A DNA stretch of 64,000 nucleotides from Vicugna vicugna (taxonomy: Eukaryota): assembly GCA_013265495.1 (NCBI GenBank), contig MU058781.1:352963-416962 (forward strand). Direction: 5' to 3'. The notes under the pieces were generated by a model. That model did not search any database. It was not told where the DNA came from and saw only the letters and a program-made list of their open reading frames with translations. A program made the position numbers and the translations under genes. Shown in pieces: positions 60,896 to 64,000 of this stretch. Position 1 is the first letter of the stretch, and each line of letters begins with the position of its first letter.

Positions 60896-62599
60896 CTGTA
60901 ACAGAAAGAAAAGTGCATGGGGCTAAGTGTTGAGCGATTAGGTCCAAGTCTCTGTCCTTAGAGATGATCGCTGAGTGCGGGAGGTCCCGAGAGTCTCATC
61001 CAGAAAATCAGGAGAAGAACTCCACAGAGGGCTGTGGTACGATGAGGCGGGGTTGGCTGGAGGCTGAGATGCCCGGTCCCTGCAAAGGCGCTATGAACAT
61101 GACTTGATTGCTGTTCATTAAAAATGTATTGAAAATATAGAATATAAAGAAAACACTTTGAAGTTGCCTTAAGGAGTTTTGTGATCGTTTTCCCGTCAAG
61201 GAGCTGCACCAAACTTCAGGTGGGTGAGGCCTAGGGGCCATCTGTGGGTCAGTACAATCTTGTGGGTACCTGGGAGTTTTACAAATCAAATCACGCTTTG
61301 TATACATGAGGGGAAACAGACAGGGGAAAGAACTGTACGGAAAACTATTTCATAAAGTAAAAAATCCCCACTGCTTTCTTTGGCAGTAGAAACAATCATC
61401 CTATTTTATCTGTTTTATGAATTTATTTTTAATATTGCAAATTCATGATGGCTATGTGTAATACCAGTACTTCTAAATACTATACGTTCTTGACTTACAA
61501 TAAAACTTAACTTCTCTTTTTATTCCTTACTCTCACCTGCACCCCCCTACCCGGGTCAAATATTTTGAGCAAACGCACAAGAAGAATAAAGTATTGACAA
61601 CTCAGAGTTCATAATTCACCTCATTACAGCCCACGAAAAGAGACTTAAGAAGGAAAACTGAGCAATGTAAAAATATAACATTGTCATCGTGTAATGGGTT
61701 TGAGTGGTATTATTACAGCAAGGAGGAAAAAATATGTGACATGTTTAATTTTAATTATGGCTTTAAAACAAACTTTTTTCATCTGCTAATAAGTTTCTGC
61801 ATAGACTACTTACTTGATGCTTGTGAAATGGTACAAGATGATGGAATGAGAGTCTTCTGGAGGCTACCTGACCGGTGTTGCCTGTCAGATTAGAGAAAAT
61901 GGAGCATAATTACCAAAATATTTTTCTTGGGAATGACCTATATCCAAATGACAAGTGAAGGGAGGAGCACCATTTGCATTAGGAAAATAACTCATTTTCC
62001 ATTTCCTTTTTCCTAATCTTATTTGGAAGATGGTTCTTTTACAATTTAGCTTACACTGGCTCATCAATTATAGAATAGGTTCTATGTTAGTTAACACACA
62101 CGACCAATAGCTTTAATCGGAGAGTCGAACTGCAGCTTTGAAATAAAAACTGTCATGGGGTGAGCCAGCTAAAGTTCTCGTGTTAAAATTAATGCATTTC
62201 CATTGGACGCTTCAGACTTCTGGTGTAGGAGTTGGTCAGTTTGAACTGTAACCTCTTAATCTCTTTGGAAAAGTACTGTCCCAGAACACACTAGGATTTT
62301 ACTTCTTTTAAAAATCCTTACCTAATTGGACATGAACTGAAGTTTATCTTTTTCTGAAGAGATGTTGTTGAAAGGAAGAGGAGGGGAAAAGGAGAAAGAG
62401 CTCAGAGCTGTTTCCTTTAAAATGTGGGCGTCTTACTGCCACGTGGGTATTTGCTGCCCTTTCTGAGGTCAAGTGTGTTTCCGGCCTGCCCCTGTCTAGG
62501 ATGTTTCCTGGCCCACATTTCTCCAGGTCAGATTTCTCAGATGTGGCGAAAGCTTCTCGGCTTACAGATGACCTCACTAACAGATAGCAAATGCCTCGT

Positions 62600-62817
62600 G
62601 GGGACGGGGCGAGGGTGAATCTCAGAGGTATAGCGTGTACCTAGCAAGCATGCCGTCCTGGGTTCAAGCCAGTACACTACGCTGTGCCCCAGAAATCGAC
62701 ACAACATTGTAAACTGACTATATTACCAAAAAAAAGAAATAAGTAAAGTTTTAAAAAACACAAATAAATAAATAAAAGCTAATTACCTCCCCTCCTCAAA
62801 AAGTAAAATAAAATAAT
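62600..62817 (+). mobile_element. tRNA-Ala-derived SINE (vic-1-like) carrying an internal L1 3'-end segment
   Basis: Head 'gagggtgaatctcagaggtatagcgtgtacctagcaagcatgccgtcctgggttcaag', L1 tail 62681-62722, then 'ctaattacctcccc'; TSD caaatgcctcgt (62588-62599) / caaatgccttgt (62818-62829). Confidence 0.82.
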
Positions 62818-64000
62818 CAAATGCCTTGTCAGCATAAAGTCATTCCCTAAGCATTTTACAATCTTATTTCCAAGTTGCAATTTGAATATCCATTTAAAGT
62901 TGTTGGTCGTGAGTGTTAATAACTAACACAGACCTTACTCTATAACTGTTAAGCTCATGTAAGCTCTATGGAAAATGGAGCCTTTCTTGCTTCCACAGTA
63001 CTGTGGATGAAATACAATTGATTGAAGTGCAAAAAAAATAATTTAACAGTAGACATAAATGTCAAGTAGGAATTAAGATATTTCTAGATTATTCTGCAAA
63101 GCCAGGAATTTGTTTCTGCATGAAAAATTGATTATACATGTTCTTATTGCTCTTTTCTAACATTTTCTAATATTTTGATGAGTGATTTCTTAGCACTTCA
63201 CTTTCTTCATCTGCGAAAACCATATAATATAGAGATTTTGGAAAGGACATTATTTCCCCACCTTTTCAAGCAAATGCTGCATTATTTCCCATCTTGTCCT
63301 TGCTACAGTGCACACAGAAGCACACAGGTTCCTGATTAAGATATGTGAAATATCTTGCAAATTCCTAATATTGATTTACATCCTCTCTTGAAGAAATAAT
63401 TAATATTGATTAATCTGAGGCACTTAGCTTGATAATAATTGAACCCAATTCACAACAGAAGCAAGTCAATTGTGGCACTTAAAATTTTCAAATAGCAATT
63501 GCCTTTTTCTTTTGTTTCTATGTCTAGATGACAGTTGACCTTGGGTAAAATCCATTTGAAAATTCAAATTAAACAAAGCCAAAATATTGATGTGGGTGGG
63601 TAGGCTTAAAAGCAATTGAAACATCTAAAAATAACGTTGAAAGAACTGGCATAATGGGGAAAATCATTAAATATGACACATTCTTCAAAACTGATTTGAA
63701 AATGGTACATCAATTTGACATAAGTAATACAGTAAATAAAGACAAGAAAGGAAAAAGTACTATGACTTGTGCAAATCTAATATGTGAATATCTGAATTAG
63801 TCAAGGAAATGTAAAGAGACACCTACCTTGTCCCCTCCACAGTGAATTTAAATGATTATATATTACATTTGAGAAACACTTCTTTGTAGATGTCAGAGAT
63901 ATCAAAAATGGCAAGCAAGAATTCGGTATTTCTAGTTTTTTATTCTGCCAAGTTTATAATTCATTTCTGGATAAGGAAAAAATAAATATAACCCTATTCA

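Noticed and set aside
1..64000. CRISPR arrays, operons, rRNA, intact retroviral or L1 ORFs
   Set aside because: The DNA is eukaryotic and repeat-rich, with no regularly spaced repeat-spacer array and no long ORF; all retroelement coding sequence is decayed.

Overview
Mammalian, AT-rich and repeat-dense DNA, most likely from a camelid (camel/llama/alpaca). That call rests on four tRNA-Ala(AGC)-derived SINEs resembling the camelid vic-1 family and a young L1 3'-end family recurring across the window. I recognise no protein-coding gene. The supplied ORFs are short and fall mostly in decayed L1/L2/MIR/LTR sequence or look like chance ORFs. The window reads as a large intron or gene desert; most L1 fragments are on the minus strand, which hints at a plus-strand host transcript. 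Other content: LTRs (a solo MER41-like LTR with 4-bp TSD, MLT1, MER76/MER74-like), a MER5 transposon, CR1/L3 remnants, a CpG island (57.6-58.1 kb) that appears to be built from an L2 3' end, a motif-dense candidate promoter/enhancer at 59.55-59.79 kb, and several unassigned exon-like segments. The most interesting signals are SINE/L1-tail chimeras, CpG-enriched ancient L2 copies, and perfect short palindromes inside or beside L1 ends. I found no convincing novel biological system. Repeat names come from remembered consensus sequences, and boundaries are approximate unless a TSD is quoted.
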